In this document: piece by piece, positions 18,101-26,558 of the stretch
Position numbering within the stretch: position 1 is the stretch's first letter
Layout: each line of letters opens with the position of its first letter
Assembly (NCBI GenBank): GCA_030699125.1
Contig: JAUYKM010000005.1
Span: 1-59,445 of the forward strand
DNA from: Candidatus Daviesbacteria bacterium
GTDB taxonomy: Bacteria; Patescibacteriota; Microgenomatia; Daviesbacterales; UBA10151
Direction of reading: 5' to 3'
Length of the DNA stretch: 59,445 bases
Notes under the pieces: generated by a model
The model's input: only the letters and a program-made list of their open reading frames with translations
Database searches by the model: none
What the model was told of the DNA's origin: nothing
Translations under genes and position numbers: made by a program

Positions 18101-19546
18101 ATGAATCTGCCTTTTCCCAAAGTACAACAAACAGATAGTCCCATTCCAATTTCATTTCAGGGTCCTAACGGGGAGGAACAGGAGAATAAAATCAGCTTTC
18201 TTAAAAAGATTGTGGAAGTTGAAGTAGGCATAAATATTGTTATTGGAGCAGTGATAATTTTTCTGGTGGTGTTGATTTTGGCATGGAAGAATGAAGCGAA
18301 GATTCAAAGTAAGGCTGGTACCGGGAACTCAGATCAAGTGAGGGTTGTCGAGCCTGCCAGTCTGGTTGAACAAAGAGTGGTTATAGCCAAAGAAGGTTTC
18401 CAGCCTCCCATCTATATTAATGAGCAGACTGTGGATATTGAAAGAGCGTTTAGTGCTCCATCTGACGGCATTACTTTAACAGTACATGGTCCCCTTAAAA
18501 AAGAGGTGATGGGCTTTCTGCCTTATTGGGTATTGGATAAAATAGAGGATATTGATATTAAAGTGTTGTCTTCGGTATCTTTCTTTGGGTTGGAGGTTGA
18601 TGGGGCAGGAAATATCATAAAAACAGATGCCGAGGGAAAAGTGACTACTCCCTGGTTTTATTTTCAAAACGGACCCAGGTTTGAGAAGTTCATACAGAAA
18701 GCTAAAAACGACAGAATTAAGGTATATTTGACCTTAAAGTGTTTTAATCAAGATAATATTGTCAAGCTGGTTACATCTCCCGAGGCCAGAAGCAAATTTA
18801 TTGAAAATGCCTTGTACCTAATGAATTCCAAATCTTTGGATGGAATTAATCTTGATTTTGAATATATCGGTACACCATCAAAGAACGTCATTGATGGATT
18901 TTCCCTTCTCGTCATTGATTTAAATAAGGAGATGAAGCGTCAATACCCCCAAGCTCAACTCACCATTGATACTTTTATTGATGCAGCTTCCAATGCCAGA
19001 ATCCATGATATTCCTGTCTTGGCTCAGCATGCAGATAGTTTAATTATCATGGGTTATGATTTTTCCACCCCCAATTCTCAACAAGCAGGTCCAGTGGCAC
19101 CAATGGAAGGGGGATATTCGATCTTTAATTTTATGAGTGCATACTTGGAAAAAGCTCCAGCAGAGAAATTAATCCTGGCAGTTCCTTATTACGGATATGA
19201 TTGGCCAGTTACATCAGCTTCTAAAAATGGAGTTGTACTTGGCAGTACAGCGGATGTAAGGATAAGAACCTATGCAGAAATAGCTGGCGCTACTGCTAAC
19301 TCCCAAATTAATTGGGATGAAAACTCACAAACCCCCTGGTTTTCTTACTCGGATTCTGGTCAGACCAGGGTGGCACATTTTGAAAATACCCGCTCGCTTG
19401 GGATTAAATATGATTTTGTAAATGATAAAGCGTTAGGAGGAGTGGCTATTTGGGCTTTAGGATTTGATGGACTGAGAAATGACCTGGCCCAGCTTCTCTC
19501 AGATAAATTTTCAGGGTCCTCTGCTACCCCAGTGGCATCCGAATAA
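18101..19546 (+). CDS. GH18 chitinase/peptidoglycan hydrolase-like protein, membrane anchored
   Basis: LDGINLDFEY (DxxDxDxE-type), IMGYDF, LAVPYYGYDW, GGVAIWALGFD. Confidence 0.9.
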   Translation: MNLPFPKVQQTDSPIPISFQGPNGEEQENKISFLKKIVEVEVGINIVIGAVIIFLVVLILAWKNEAKIQSKAGTGNSDQVRVVEPASLVEQRVVIAKEGFQPPIYINEQTVDIERAFSAPSDGITLTVHGPLKKEVMGFLPYWVLDKIEDIDIKVLSSVSFFGLEVDGAGNIIKTDAEGKVTTPWFYFQNGPRFEKFIQKAKNDRIKVYLTLKCFNQDNIVKLVTSPEARSKFIENALYLMNSKSLDGINLDFEYIGTPSKNVIDGFSLLVIDLNKEMKRQYPQAQLTIDTFIDAASNARIHDIPVLAQHADSLIIMGYDFSTPNSQQAGPVAPMEGGYSIFNFMSAYLEKAPAEKLILAVPYYGYDWPVTSASKNGVVLGSTADVRIRTYAEIAGATANSQINWDENSQTPWFSYSDSGQTRVAHFENTRSLGIKYDFVNDKALGGVAIWALGFDGLRNDLAQLLSDKFSGSSATPVASE

Positions 19547-19556
19547 TGACGCTTAT

Positions 19557-19585
19557 TTGCTTTTGGATAAAGGGTATGTTATAAT
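19557..19585 (+). promoter_or_regulatory. sigma70 promoter of the DEAD-box helicase, giving a ~160-nt leader
   Basis: TTGCTT-17 bp-TATAAT with upstream TG. Confidence 0.5.
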
Positions 19586-19655
19586 AATTGGGTTGATTTA
19601 GAATTTTAAGCTATAGAATATTTTTTCCTCTTAGGATTAACTCTTCAAGTAGCTC

Positions 19656-19675
19656 TCCTGAGCAAAGTCGAAGGA
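19656..19675 (+). repeat. REP-like unit (stem-TGAG..CGAA-stem family)
   Basis: tcct-gagcaaagtcga-agga; related copies at 22804, 22963, 36077 (inverted) and 36101. Confidence 0.55.
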
Positions 19676-19753
19676 TTTCTTTTTCAATTTTAGTTGTTCT
19701 TCTTCATCCTCTCCGCTTCATGCGGATTAGCGATGAAGAAGGATACAAGCTTT

Positions 19754-20980
19754 ATGTATTACAATAATAAATTTAGAAGAAACCGCCCTTCTATAAGAAA
19801 CAACGAATCAAATAGAAGATTTTCCAGACCAGTAAATGGCAATAGATCTCCACATGGAGGCCAGAGAAGAAGTCAGCTTGAAGGAGCTGATATTAACATA
19901 TTTATCAAAAAAGCTAATCCAGTTGTCCTTACGGAAAGTATTGCCAATATCCGTTTTGAAGATTTTAATATTTCCGAAATTTTAAAGCAAAATATCTTAA
20001 AACACGGATACAGTAAACCTACTCAAGTACAATCTCAAGCCATAAAACCAATTCTGGAAGGGCGTGATGTCATTGGTTTGGCTTCCACCGGAACTGGTAA
20101 AACAGCAGCCTTTTTGATTCCCTTAATTGATAAAATATTTAAAGATAGAAGCCAAAAGGTTTTGATAATTGCTCCAACCAGGGAGTTGGCTATTCAGATT
20201 AATGAAGAGCTAAGATCTTTTAGCTACGGTATGGGTATTTATTCAGCTTTAGTAATTGGGGGCGCAAATATGAATAGACAAGTGCAGGATATAAGAAGAG
20301 GCTCAAATATTGTTATCTCCACACCGGGCAGGTTAAAAGATTTAATTAAAAGAAGAGAAATTAATCTTTTAAACTTTTCTAATATTGTTTTAGATGAGGT
20401 GGATTTGATGGTAGATATTGGTTTTATTGCTGATGTTAAATACTTTATTTCACAAATGCCAAAAATACGCCAATCTTTGTTTTTTTCAGCCACCATTCCT
20501 CCAAAAGTACAGAGTATTTTACAATCATTTGTCACAAACCCCGTGACTATATCTGTTAAATTTCAAGAAACCTCAGAAAATGTAGATCAGGATGTAATAA
20601 AGATATTAAGCTCTGAAAAAAAGGTAGATCAACTGCATGATTTATTAGTCAAGGATGGTTTTGACAAAGTCTTAATTTTTGGCAGGACTAAACATGGAAT
20701 TGAAAAGCTAAACAAAGAGCTTGAGTTCAGAGGATTTAAGACAGGCGCATTGCATGGCAATAAAAATCAAGGCCAAAGAAGAAGGGTTTTGGAGAGTTTT
20801 AAACAAAATCAGATTCAAATACTTTTGGCAACAGATGTGGCCTCTCGTGGATTGGATATAGATAATGTCACTCACGTTATAAACTATGATTTACCCCAAA
20901 CTTATGAGGATTATATTCACAGAATCGGTAGAACAGGCAGGGCCGGAAAAATGGGCACAGCATTAACCTTTGTAGGTTAA
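19754..20980 (+). CDS. DEAD-box RNA helicase (RhlE/CshA-like)
   Basis: Q motif, ASTGTGKT, PTRELA, TPGRL, DEVD, SAT, ARG-like ASRGLDI, YIHRIGRTGRAG. Confidence 0.95.
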   Translation: MYYNNKFRRNRPSIRNNESNRRFSRPVNGNRSPHGGQRRSQLEGADINIFIKKANPVVLTESIANIRFEDFNISEILKQNILKHGYSKPTQVQSQAIKPILEGRDVIGLASTGTGKTAAFLIPLIDKIFKDRSQKVLIIAPTRELAIQINEELRSFSYGMGIYSALVIGGANMNRQVQDIRRGSNIVISTPGRLKDLIKRREINLLNFSNIVLDEVDLMVDIGFIADVKYFISQMPKIRQSLFFSATIPPKVQSILQSFVTNPVTISVKFQETSENVDQDVIKILSSEKKVDQLHDLLVKDGFDKVLIFGRTKHGIEKLNKELEFRGFKTGALHGNKNQGQRRRVLESFKQNQIQILLATDVASRGLDIDNVTHVINYDLPQTYEDYIHRIGRTGRAGKMGTALTFVG

Positions 20981-20984
20981 AATG

Positions 20985-21923
20985 CTAGGCAAGAGCTTTA
21001 ATCAGGACTTGCAGGCTGTCCCAGTTATGAATTGAGACTGGAAGTACTTTCTTTTTTGTTTTAGCTAAACTTTTTAGCTTTTTTTCTAGATCCTTCTTTT
21101 CAACTAAATCTGATTTGGTTAATAAAATAATCTCCTCCTTTTCCAAAAGCTTGGGATTAAATTTTTTAAGCTCATCCCGAATGACTTTGTAGTCACCCAG
21201 AGGATTATCTGACTGCGATGAAACACAATGAAGTAAGAGTTTCACCTTTTCTATATGTTTTAGGAATTTATGGCCCAAACCCCTACCTTCTGAGGCACCA
21301 TCTATTAAGCCCGGTATATCTGCTATAACTATTCCATTAAGCATACCCAGATTGGGTTCTAAAGTGGTAAAGGGGTAATCCCCAATTTTTGCTTGCGCAT
21401 TAGTAAGCTCATTTAAAATAGAGCTTTTACCGGCATTAGGCAGTCCAATTAAGCCAAAACTAGCAATTAGTTTTAGTTTTAATATTAATTTTCTCTCTAC
21501 CCCGGGAAGTCCGCTTTGGGCAAACCTGGAAGTAGTATTTGAAGAAGATTTAAAAAAAGCATTTCCTCTGCCGCCCAGTCCACCTTTTGCCAGTAATACT
21601 TTTTTATTTAGTTCATTTAGCTCTATTTCCTGACCTTCTTGATCGTAGATAGTTGTACCCATGGGCATTATTAAAGTAAGATCTTCTCCGTCAGCTCCTG
21701 TTTTTCTATTACCTCCGCCCAGCTGGCCATCCCAGGCTTTACATTCAGGTTGCGATAAAAATTTGTTTAATGCATAAAGATCAGATGTGGTTTGCACATA
21801 AACATCGCCACCCCTACCTCCATCTCCTCCACTTGGGCCGGCGCCCATTTTAGAATAAAAGGCCACTCTGCCTTTCCCGCCATGGCCACCTTTTACAATA
21901 ATTTCAACCTCATCAACTAACAT
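20985..21923 (-). CDS. obgE: GTPase ObgE/CgtA (short form)
   Basis: GGDGGRGGDV, GLPNAGKSS, YPFTTLEPNLG, ADIPGLI, GLGHKFLKHIE. Confidence 0.95.
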   Translation of the reverse strand: MLVDEVEIIVKGGHGGKGRVAFYSKMGAGPSGGDGGRGGDVYVQTTSDLYALNKFLSQPECKAWDGQLGGGNRKTGADGEDLTLIMPMGTTIYDQEGQEIELNELNKKVLLAKGGLGGRGNAFFKSSSNTTSRFAQSGLPGVERKLILKLKLIASFGLIGLPNAGKSSILNELTNAQAKIGDYPFTTLEPNLGMLNGIVIADIPGLIDGASEGRGLGHKFLKHIEKVKLLLHCVSSQSDNPLGDYKVIRDELKKFNPKLLEKEEIILLTKSDLVEKKDLEKKLKSLAKTKKKVLPVSIHNWDSLQVLIKALA

Positions 21924-21948
21924 AAGTCAGTGTATAGTAGCATAACTT

Positions 21949-22401
21949 ATGTGGTATACTGTATCCGTGCAAAATTCTTTCTATGCCAGCGGATTTCTTT
22001 ACAGTTTAAAAAAACATCGGATTCTCTTACTGCAATCTCCACAGAAAAATAATTTAGTTTCCTCCTGGTCTATGATGGGAGGAGAAGGAAAAGACGGAGA
22101 GGAAGCAGAGGTGACTTTCCAACGCATAATATCTAAACTATTAAATTTAGATTTAAAAAAGAAACATATTTATCCTGTCTATGACTACTTCCATAATACA
22201 AGAAATAAAATTAATCATGTGTTCTATGCTGAAGTTGGGAATACTAAAACCTTTAATTCTTCAAAAAAAGGCATATTTTCCTGGGTTAGCTTCCGTGAAA
22301 CCTTAAAGCTTCCCTTTACCAGCCAGACTAAACAGGATATTGTGGTAGGTGAGAGGGTTATTAATGCCAAATGGCGTGATGATGAAGCCAAAAAAGCTTA
22401 A
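21949..22401 (+). CDS. Degenerate NUDIX-fold protein
   Basis: WSMMGGEGKDGEEAEVTFQR resembles a Nudix box lacking the catalytic EE. Confidence 0.55.
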   Translation: MWYTVSVQNSFYASGFLYSLKKHRILLLQSPQKNNLVSSWSMMGGEGKDGEEAEVTFQRIISKLLNLDLKKKHIYPVYDYFHNTRNKINHVFYAEVGNTKTFNSSKKGIFSWVSFRETLKLPFTSQTKQDIVVGERVINAKWRDDEAKKA

Positions 22402-22431
22402 CCTGTTCAATTATTCTTCTATATTTACCAT

Positions 22432-22661
22432 CTAAATATTGGTTAGAAAAGTTACAGATTCTCTAAATTCTCCTAAAAGAACTTTTGCTACACCTCTTCT
22501 TTGGTACTCATAATCGACAGAAAGAAGACCAATTTGCACTGGTTGATTCTCATGAAAGGGAAGAAGATAATCAATCCTTCCTATGGATCGTATTCCATAA
22601 TAGGCTCTTATTATAGTCTTCGTTTTTTGTAGGGAGTGTGTATTAATTCTATTCTTTCCAC
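22432..22661 (-). pseudogene. GNAT acetyltransferase remnant (frameshifted, truncated)
   Basis: GTG-start frame MERIELIHTPYKKRRL* ends at an A6 run; the -1 frame continues ...IGLLSVDYEYQRRGVAKVLL (GNAT motif A) to TAG. Confidence 0.55.
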
Positions 22662-22709
22662 AAAGCTAGTTTAGCAAAAATAGAGTAAGATATCAAACTA
22701 TAGGTTCTG

Positions 22710-22718
22710 GGGTGGCTG
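22710..22718 (+). repeat. att-like direct repeat of the tRNA-His 3' end
   Basis: gggtggctg identical to 24898-24906. Confidence 0.35.
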
Positions 22719-22851
22719 GTCAGATTTAGTTCGTACCCAACTACAAGAATTTAAACCTTTGACTACTATTCCGGGTTACTCATCTGAGCACGACACTGGC
22801 CTGCACTGAGCCTGCCGAAGTGTTGATTTTGGGAACTTTTTACAGGAAGAA

Positions 22852-23853
22852 TTATATGTTTCCTCGTCTATATGCTTCCTGAATAAGCGCAAGTTCTTTT
22901 GTACTTATTAAAGATTTTCCTTGAGCAAGATGTCTCGCGAAATCTCTATAAACACCTCTATATTCTGAGCTTAGCGAAGAATTCAAGCTCTGCCATGTAC
23001 CAGACGGTACATGACTCTGCTTAATACGAAGTATCAAGCTCTGCTTATATTCTGACTGCTGATCAACTATTTCTCGCGAGCCATCTTCAGTCATTTGTAC
23101 TTCTCCGTTTTTGCTGAAAATATTCTTCACAATATCAACTACATATGTGTCTCCGTCTGCTGTAAATGTAACTTGTCGCACTTCAGGTCCTTTATTCATC
23201 CAGTCCATAGAAAGAGTACCAGAACCTTTGCCATACGAAAATCTAACATGTGCTTCCGTCTCAACTTTAAAACCCTCAGCTTTTTTGAATTTTGCATCTT
23301 TTACTGAGAAAGAAGTCCAATCAGGGAGAACATACGTTACAACTGAAAGTGCATTAATACCGCTATCGATAAGTACCCCACCTCCTGCAATTTCAGGATT
23401 AAAAATCCATCCAGGAGTAGCATGATAATTTGGAGCATATTCGCTATATTGAATATCAATCCCTTCAATATTTTTATCTACGAGTTCTTCTTTTGCTGCT
23501 TCAACAGCTGGATTATACCGTGCATGAAATGACATAAAAAGTACTCTTTCCTGCTGATTTGCAAAAACACTCATTTCTTCACATTGAGCTACAGTTAAAG
23601 CAGGAGGCTTTTCAACCAATACATGTTTTCCCCCGCGAAGAGCATCCATAACGAGCTGGTGATGAGTATTTGGAGGAGTATTGATGCTTACTGCTTGAAT
23701 GTTTGGATTCGTAAGTACTTCCCTAACAGATTGAGTACTAAGATCTGCGATAGCTTTGACTTGAAAGTCTTTTTGTCCAGATTTTGTTAATGCGTCATAA
23801 TGAATCTTACCTATATTACCAAAACCTATTAGTCCTAAAGAGTAGGAGGGCAT
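22852..23853 (-). CDS. Gfo/Idh/MocA-family oxidoreductase containing a 29-aa insertion
   Basis: GLIGFGNIG, TPPNTH, GKHVLVEKP, GGGVLIDSGIN. Confidence 0.9.
   Translation of the reverse strand: MPSYSLGLIGFGNIGKIHYDALTKSGQKDFQVKAIADLSTQSVREVLTNPNIQAVSINTPPNTHHQLVMDALRGGKHVLVEKPPALTVAQCEEMSVFANQQERVLFMSFHARYNPAVEAAKEELVDKNIEGIDIQYSEYAPNYHATPGWIFNPEIAGGGVLIDSGINALSVVTYVLPDWTSFSVKDAKFKKAEGFKVETEAHVRFSYGKGSGTLSMDWMNKGPEVRQVTFTADGDTYVVDIVKNIFSKNGEVQMTEDGSREIVDQQSEYKQSLILRIKQSHVPSGTWQSLNSSLSSEYRGVYRDFARHLAQGKSLISTKELALIQEAYRRGNI
22969..23055. repeat. 87-bp in-frame palindromic insertion flanked by a 10-bp direct repeat
   Basis: tatattctga at 22959 and 23046 (87 bp apart); internal catgtacc-agac-ggtacatg hairpin; tcaagctctgc occurs twice. 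Confidence 0.75.
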
Positions 23854-24674
23854 AAATTCGACTCCAATATACTCAGGATTTTTCCATCAACAGCTTCGTT
23901 GAATTTGCGGGCAAAAAAGCCTTGACTTGCCAGCAAGAATTCGGCGTCTTTGAATGTGAAGTTCCTTGGACGTAACTTTATTGTTCCTATTGGCACCCAG
24001 TCAATGGTTCTTTTATCGTCGTTTATGATAGTTCCCTTGTAGCTAGTATTCATTATTACCGTCTGAAAGAATCCTTCATCAGGGATGAAGGTGTGCCGAT
24101 AGAATCTCTTGAACCTCTCGACCTCAGGCTTGTAACTAACAAATTCACAGAACTTCCTACTCAAGATCATCCACTGATTTCCGATATAGGGAGTCACACC
24201 GGCAAGATACGGTCGTTTGATAGGAATGCGTAGTATCCTGTTACCAAACTCTATAGTATAGTTCTGTATTCGAGATAGTGTATCAGAACGGAACTTGCTC
24301 TGGTTAACCACCTTGATGAAATTTTTTCCTATATTGCGATTAAGAAAATCTTGGATGTGCGCCTGCGACTTTAGGGGGAAATCTTGTGCACTAAGGTTTA
24401 TGAAGAATTCCCATTTCAAACCCATCTTCAATAATTCCTTAATGCCCCGCAACTCAGCATCTATCAGACTGTATCCCCCCCAAAGAGTGTTTTCACTCTT
24501 CAATAAAGATGCGTTGGGAAAACCTGACAAAAAATTTTGTATCTCCGTCTGCAATCCAATGCCTGATCTCTTATCCACATGAACCAAATAATAGTTGGCG
24601 GAATGGTAAAGTGCCCTAAAGAGTCTTTTGAACTGGTTAGGGTACCGATGTACCAAGATGAGATATGCGATCAT
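23835..24674 (-). CDS. GT14 core-2/I-branching beta-1,6-GlcNAc transferase / xylosyltransferase-like protein
   Basis: AYLILVH, VHVDKRS, WGGYSL, FINLSAQDFPL, GNQWMILSR, IPDEGFFQT, FARKF. Confidence 0.9.
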   Translation of the reverse strand: MIAYLILVHRYPNQFKRLFRALYHSANYYLVHVDKRSGIGLQTEIQNFLSGFPNASLLKSENTLWGGYSLIDAELRGIKELLKMGLKWEFFINLSAQDFPLKSQAHIQDFLNRNIGKNFIKVVNQSKFRSDTLSRIQNYTIEFGNRILRIPIKRPYLAGVTPYIGNQWMILSRKFCEFVSYKPEVERFKRFYRHTFIPDEGFFQTVIMNTSYKGTIINDDKRTIDWVPIGTIKLRPRNFTFKDAEFLLASQGFFARKFNEAVDGKILSILESNLCPPTL

Positions 24675-24898
24675 AAAAGTATTAGAAAACAATTGGGTAG
24701 TTGAACTCTAAGAGTTAAACTGTCAAAAATAAATGAAGTGTAATTTCTTGCAGTCGAAATAACGTAATCATTAAGTTTTCTAAATGTTGATTATATACTA
24801 CTTACCTTAAATTAGAAACAAGCTGGATAGTAAATGCCAGTTTGATGAGTTCAAACCTCCCATCAGGGGTAGTAAAAGTTGAGGCTAAAAGGTACTAG

Positions 24899-24971
24899 GG
24901 TGGCTGACGGGAATTGAACCCGCAACATTCAGATCCACAATCTGACGCTCTGCCATTGAGCTACAGCCACC
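24899..24971 (-). tRNA. tRNA-His(GUG)
   Basis: G-1, GTGGCTG/CAGCCAC, anticodon arm TCAGA-TT-GTG-GA-TCTGA, T-loop TTCAATT, C discriminator. Confidence 0.95.
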
Positions 24972-25034
24972 AGTTGGATTGTCTAAATGACAATTCAACA
25001 CATATTTTATCAGCTTAAATATAATTTATCCACT

Positions 25035-25136
25035 AAAAATCCGACCTTGCGGCCGGATTCTTAGAGAACCTGTTACTGTTAGCTTTTGATGGCCAACGAA
25101 ACTTTCAATCTTGCGATATCAGTTTTAACAGGTTCT
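25035..25136 (-). ncRNA. Candidate small RNA / attenuator (three-way junction plus terminator)
   Basis: 11-bp closing stem agaacctgtta/taacaggttct, inner hairpins atc-GCAA-gat and gttggc-catcaaaa-gctaac, then aatccggcc-GCAA-ggtcggatt followed by a T run. Confidence 0.55.
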
Positions 25137-25139
25137 GTA

Positions 25140-25168
25140 ACTATATAATGATAAACAACTTCTGTCAA
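25140..25168 (-). promoter_or_regulatory. Near-consensus sigma70 promoter driving the candidate sRNA
   Basis: TTGACA-17 bp-TATAGT. Confidence 0.7.
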
Positions 25169-25170
25169 CT

Positions 25171-25205
25171 GGGATTAAATGGATCATATCCCATCAAAAC
25201 ACCAA
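25171..25205 (+). repeat. Array repeat A, copy 1 (partial)
   Basis: gggattaaatggatcatatcccatcaaaacaccaa; lacks ataaatgccg relative to copies 2 and 3. Confidence 0.8.
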
Positions 25206-25266
25206 ACTTGCAAACTAAACATATCAGTGCTAAAATTGCCATATAAATCTGCTTAGGAATAAATTT

Positions 25267-25626
25267 ATGCCAGAAAAAGCTAGAGTATTTATTGCTGAAG
25301 ATGAAAAAGATTGGCAACAAAGAATTGAACGTAATCTTAAAAGAAGTGAGCATGAAGTAGTTTTAACTGCCGAGACATTGGCAGAAGCCCTTAGAGCGCT
25401 TGATCGATTTGAGGAACTCCAGGTACAGGTAGCTACACTCGATGGAAATTTAAGAGGAAAATATTCTTATGGATTAGATGGTCGTGAGGTATCGCTAGCA
25501 ATTAGAAGTCGTTTCCCAAATGTAAAAATAGTTGGTTTGTCTAGTGACAAATTTCGCGGAGAAGCTGATATAGAGTTAAATAAGGCTGACACATTCAAAC
25601 TAGGAGAAGTTGTTGCAAATTTGTAA
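25267..25626 (+). CDS. Stand-alone response-regulator receiver (CheY-like)
   Basis: VFIAEDE, VATLDGNL (phospho-Asp), IVGLSS, NK. Confidence 0.82.
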   Translation: MPEKARVFIAEDEKDWQQRIERNLKRSEHEVVLTAETLAEALRALDRFEELQVQVATLDGNLRGKYSYGLDGREVSLAIRSRFPNVKIVGLSSDKFRGEADIELNKADTFKLGEVVANL

Positions 25627-25721
25627 AATCTTTAATTACGTTGAGGATCTGGAAGCTCACCTTGTATTCTTATTGCATCAATAAAAGTAGTAAATTTCTG
25701 TCAGTACACGTACTGGCAATT

Positions 25722-25803
25722 TTAGAAGGGTAAGATTTCTGAAGATTTAACTTTTAATGCAACAGATAATCCTTTCAAGATTTCAAAAGATGGGTTTTCT
25801 TCA
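25722..25803 (-). pseudogene. XRE-HTH C-terminal remnant B1
   Basis: EENPSFEILKGLSVALKVKSSEILPF*; no start codon, in-frame stop immediately upstream. Confidence 0.7.
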
Positions 25804-26055
25804 TCCTAAAATCTTTTTTATGGCTTCATTGGGAATTCCAACTCGTCTTAATTGAGTTCTATAGCTTGCTGAGGTGTTAGGATCATAGTTTCCTTTCTTT
25901 AAAATTACTATGACAAAAGGCCTGGTACCTTTTGGAACTTTTTGTGGAGTAGGATGGACGTATTTTAAATGACTGGTGGCATTTTGAGGTTCTTCAGTAA
26001 ACTTTTGATCTTTTAATAATTTACAAAGTTCTTCAGAAGTAAATGATCGAGGCAT
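25801..26055 (-). CDS. HicA-like mRNA interferase toxin
   Basis: 84 aa; ELCKLLKDQKF, TSHLKYVHP (His motif); paired with a HicB-like gene. Confidence 0.7.
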   Translation of the reverse strand: MPRSFTSEELCKLLKDQKFTEEPQNATSHLKYVHPTPQKVPKGTRPFVIVILKKGNYDPNTSASYRTQLRRVGIPNEAIKKILG

Positions 26056-26061
26056 TTTAGA

Positions 26062-26385
26062 TTAATGAAAATAAGTTTGATGCAGCTTAGGAGACACAAA
26101 GATATTAAATTTTATTAACTCCTCTAAACGGTTTTTTGGTTTCTGAACTACCGGTTCCTGAATAAAAGGTGGAATATACCATACTTTATGTTGAAGTTTT
26201 TTAGGAATGTCAAAAAAGGCATACATCAGATCATTTACATTATAGATTAATCCTATTAGATCACCGGCCTCCGTAAAGACATCTAGATTTTTTATATTAG
26301 CCAACCAGATTCCGGTTTTAGGATTTCTGGATACTTTGACATCTAATTCCTCTGGCAGTTGTTCAAGAATTTTTAAACTTTTCAT
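26062..26385 (-). CDS. HicB-like antitoxin
   Basis: WLANIKNLDVFTEAGDL...NVND partial RNase-H-like HicB N-domain; adjacent to hicA-like gene. Confidence 0.65.
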   Translation of the reverse strand: MKSLKILEQLPEELDVKVSRNPKTGIWLANIKNLDVFTEAGDLIGLIYNVNDLMYAFFDIPKKLQHKVWYIPPFIQEPVVQKPKNRLEELIKFNIFVSPKLHQTYFH

Positions 26386-26431
26386 AAGTTAAATATAACA
26401 TACTTTTTCTAAAAATGTGTAAGAAAATTTA

Positions 26432-26486
26432 GTGTGTTTAAGGGATAAATGCCGATTAAATGGATCATATCCCATCAACACACCAA
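26432..26486 (+). repeat. Array repeat A, copy 2
   Basis: gtgtgtt-taa-gggata ... tatccc-atc-aacacac-caa hairpin; 45-bp core is 44/45 identical to copy 3. Confidence 0.9.
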
Positions 26487-26558
26487 AATTTGACTTTATA
26501 CTGGCATTGGTGGATTTTATAGAGCTTTTTATCGTAAATCTAAATTACTCTTGCCGAT

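Noticed and set aside
25035-25136. Assignment as a purine or c-di-GMP-I riboswitch
   Set aside because: Only superficial three-way-junction similarity; the conserved junction nucleotides are not matched, so it is left unassigned.
26432-26486. Repeat A as a canonical integron attC
   Set aside because: Order is GTT...AAC rather than RYYYAAC...GTTRRRY; no intI in the window; cassette genes are not co-oriented.
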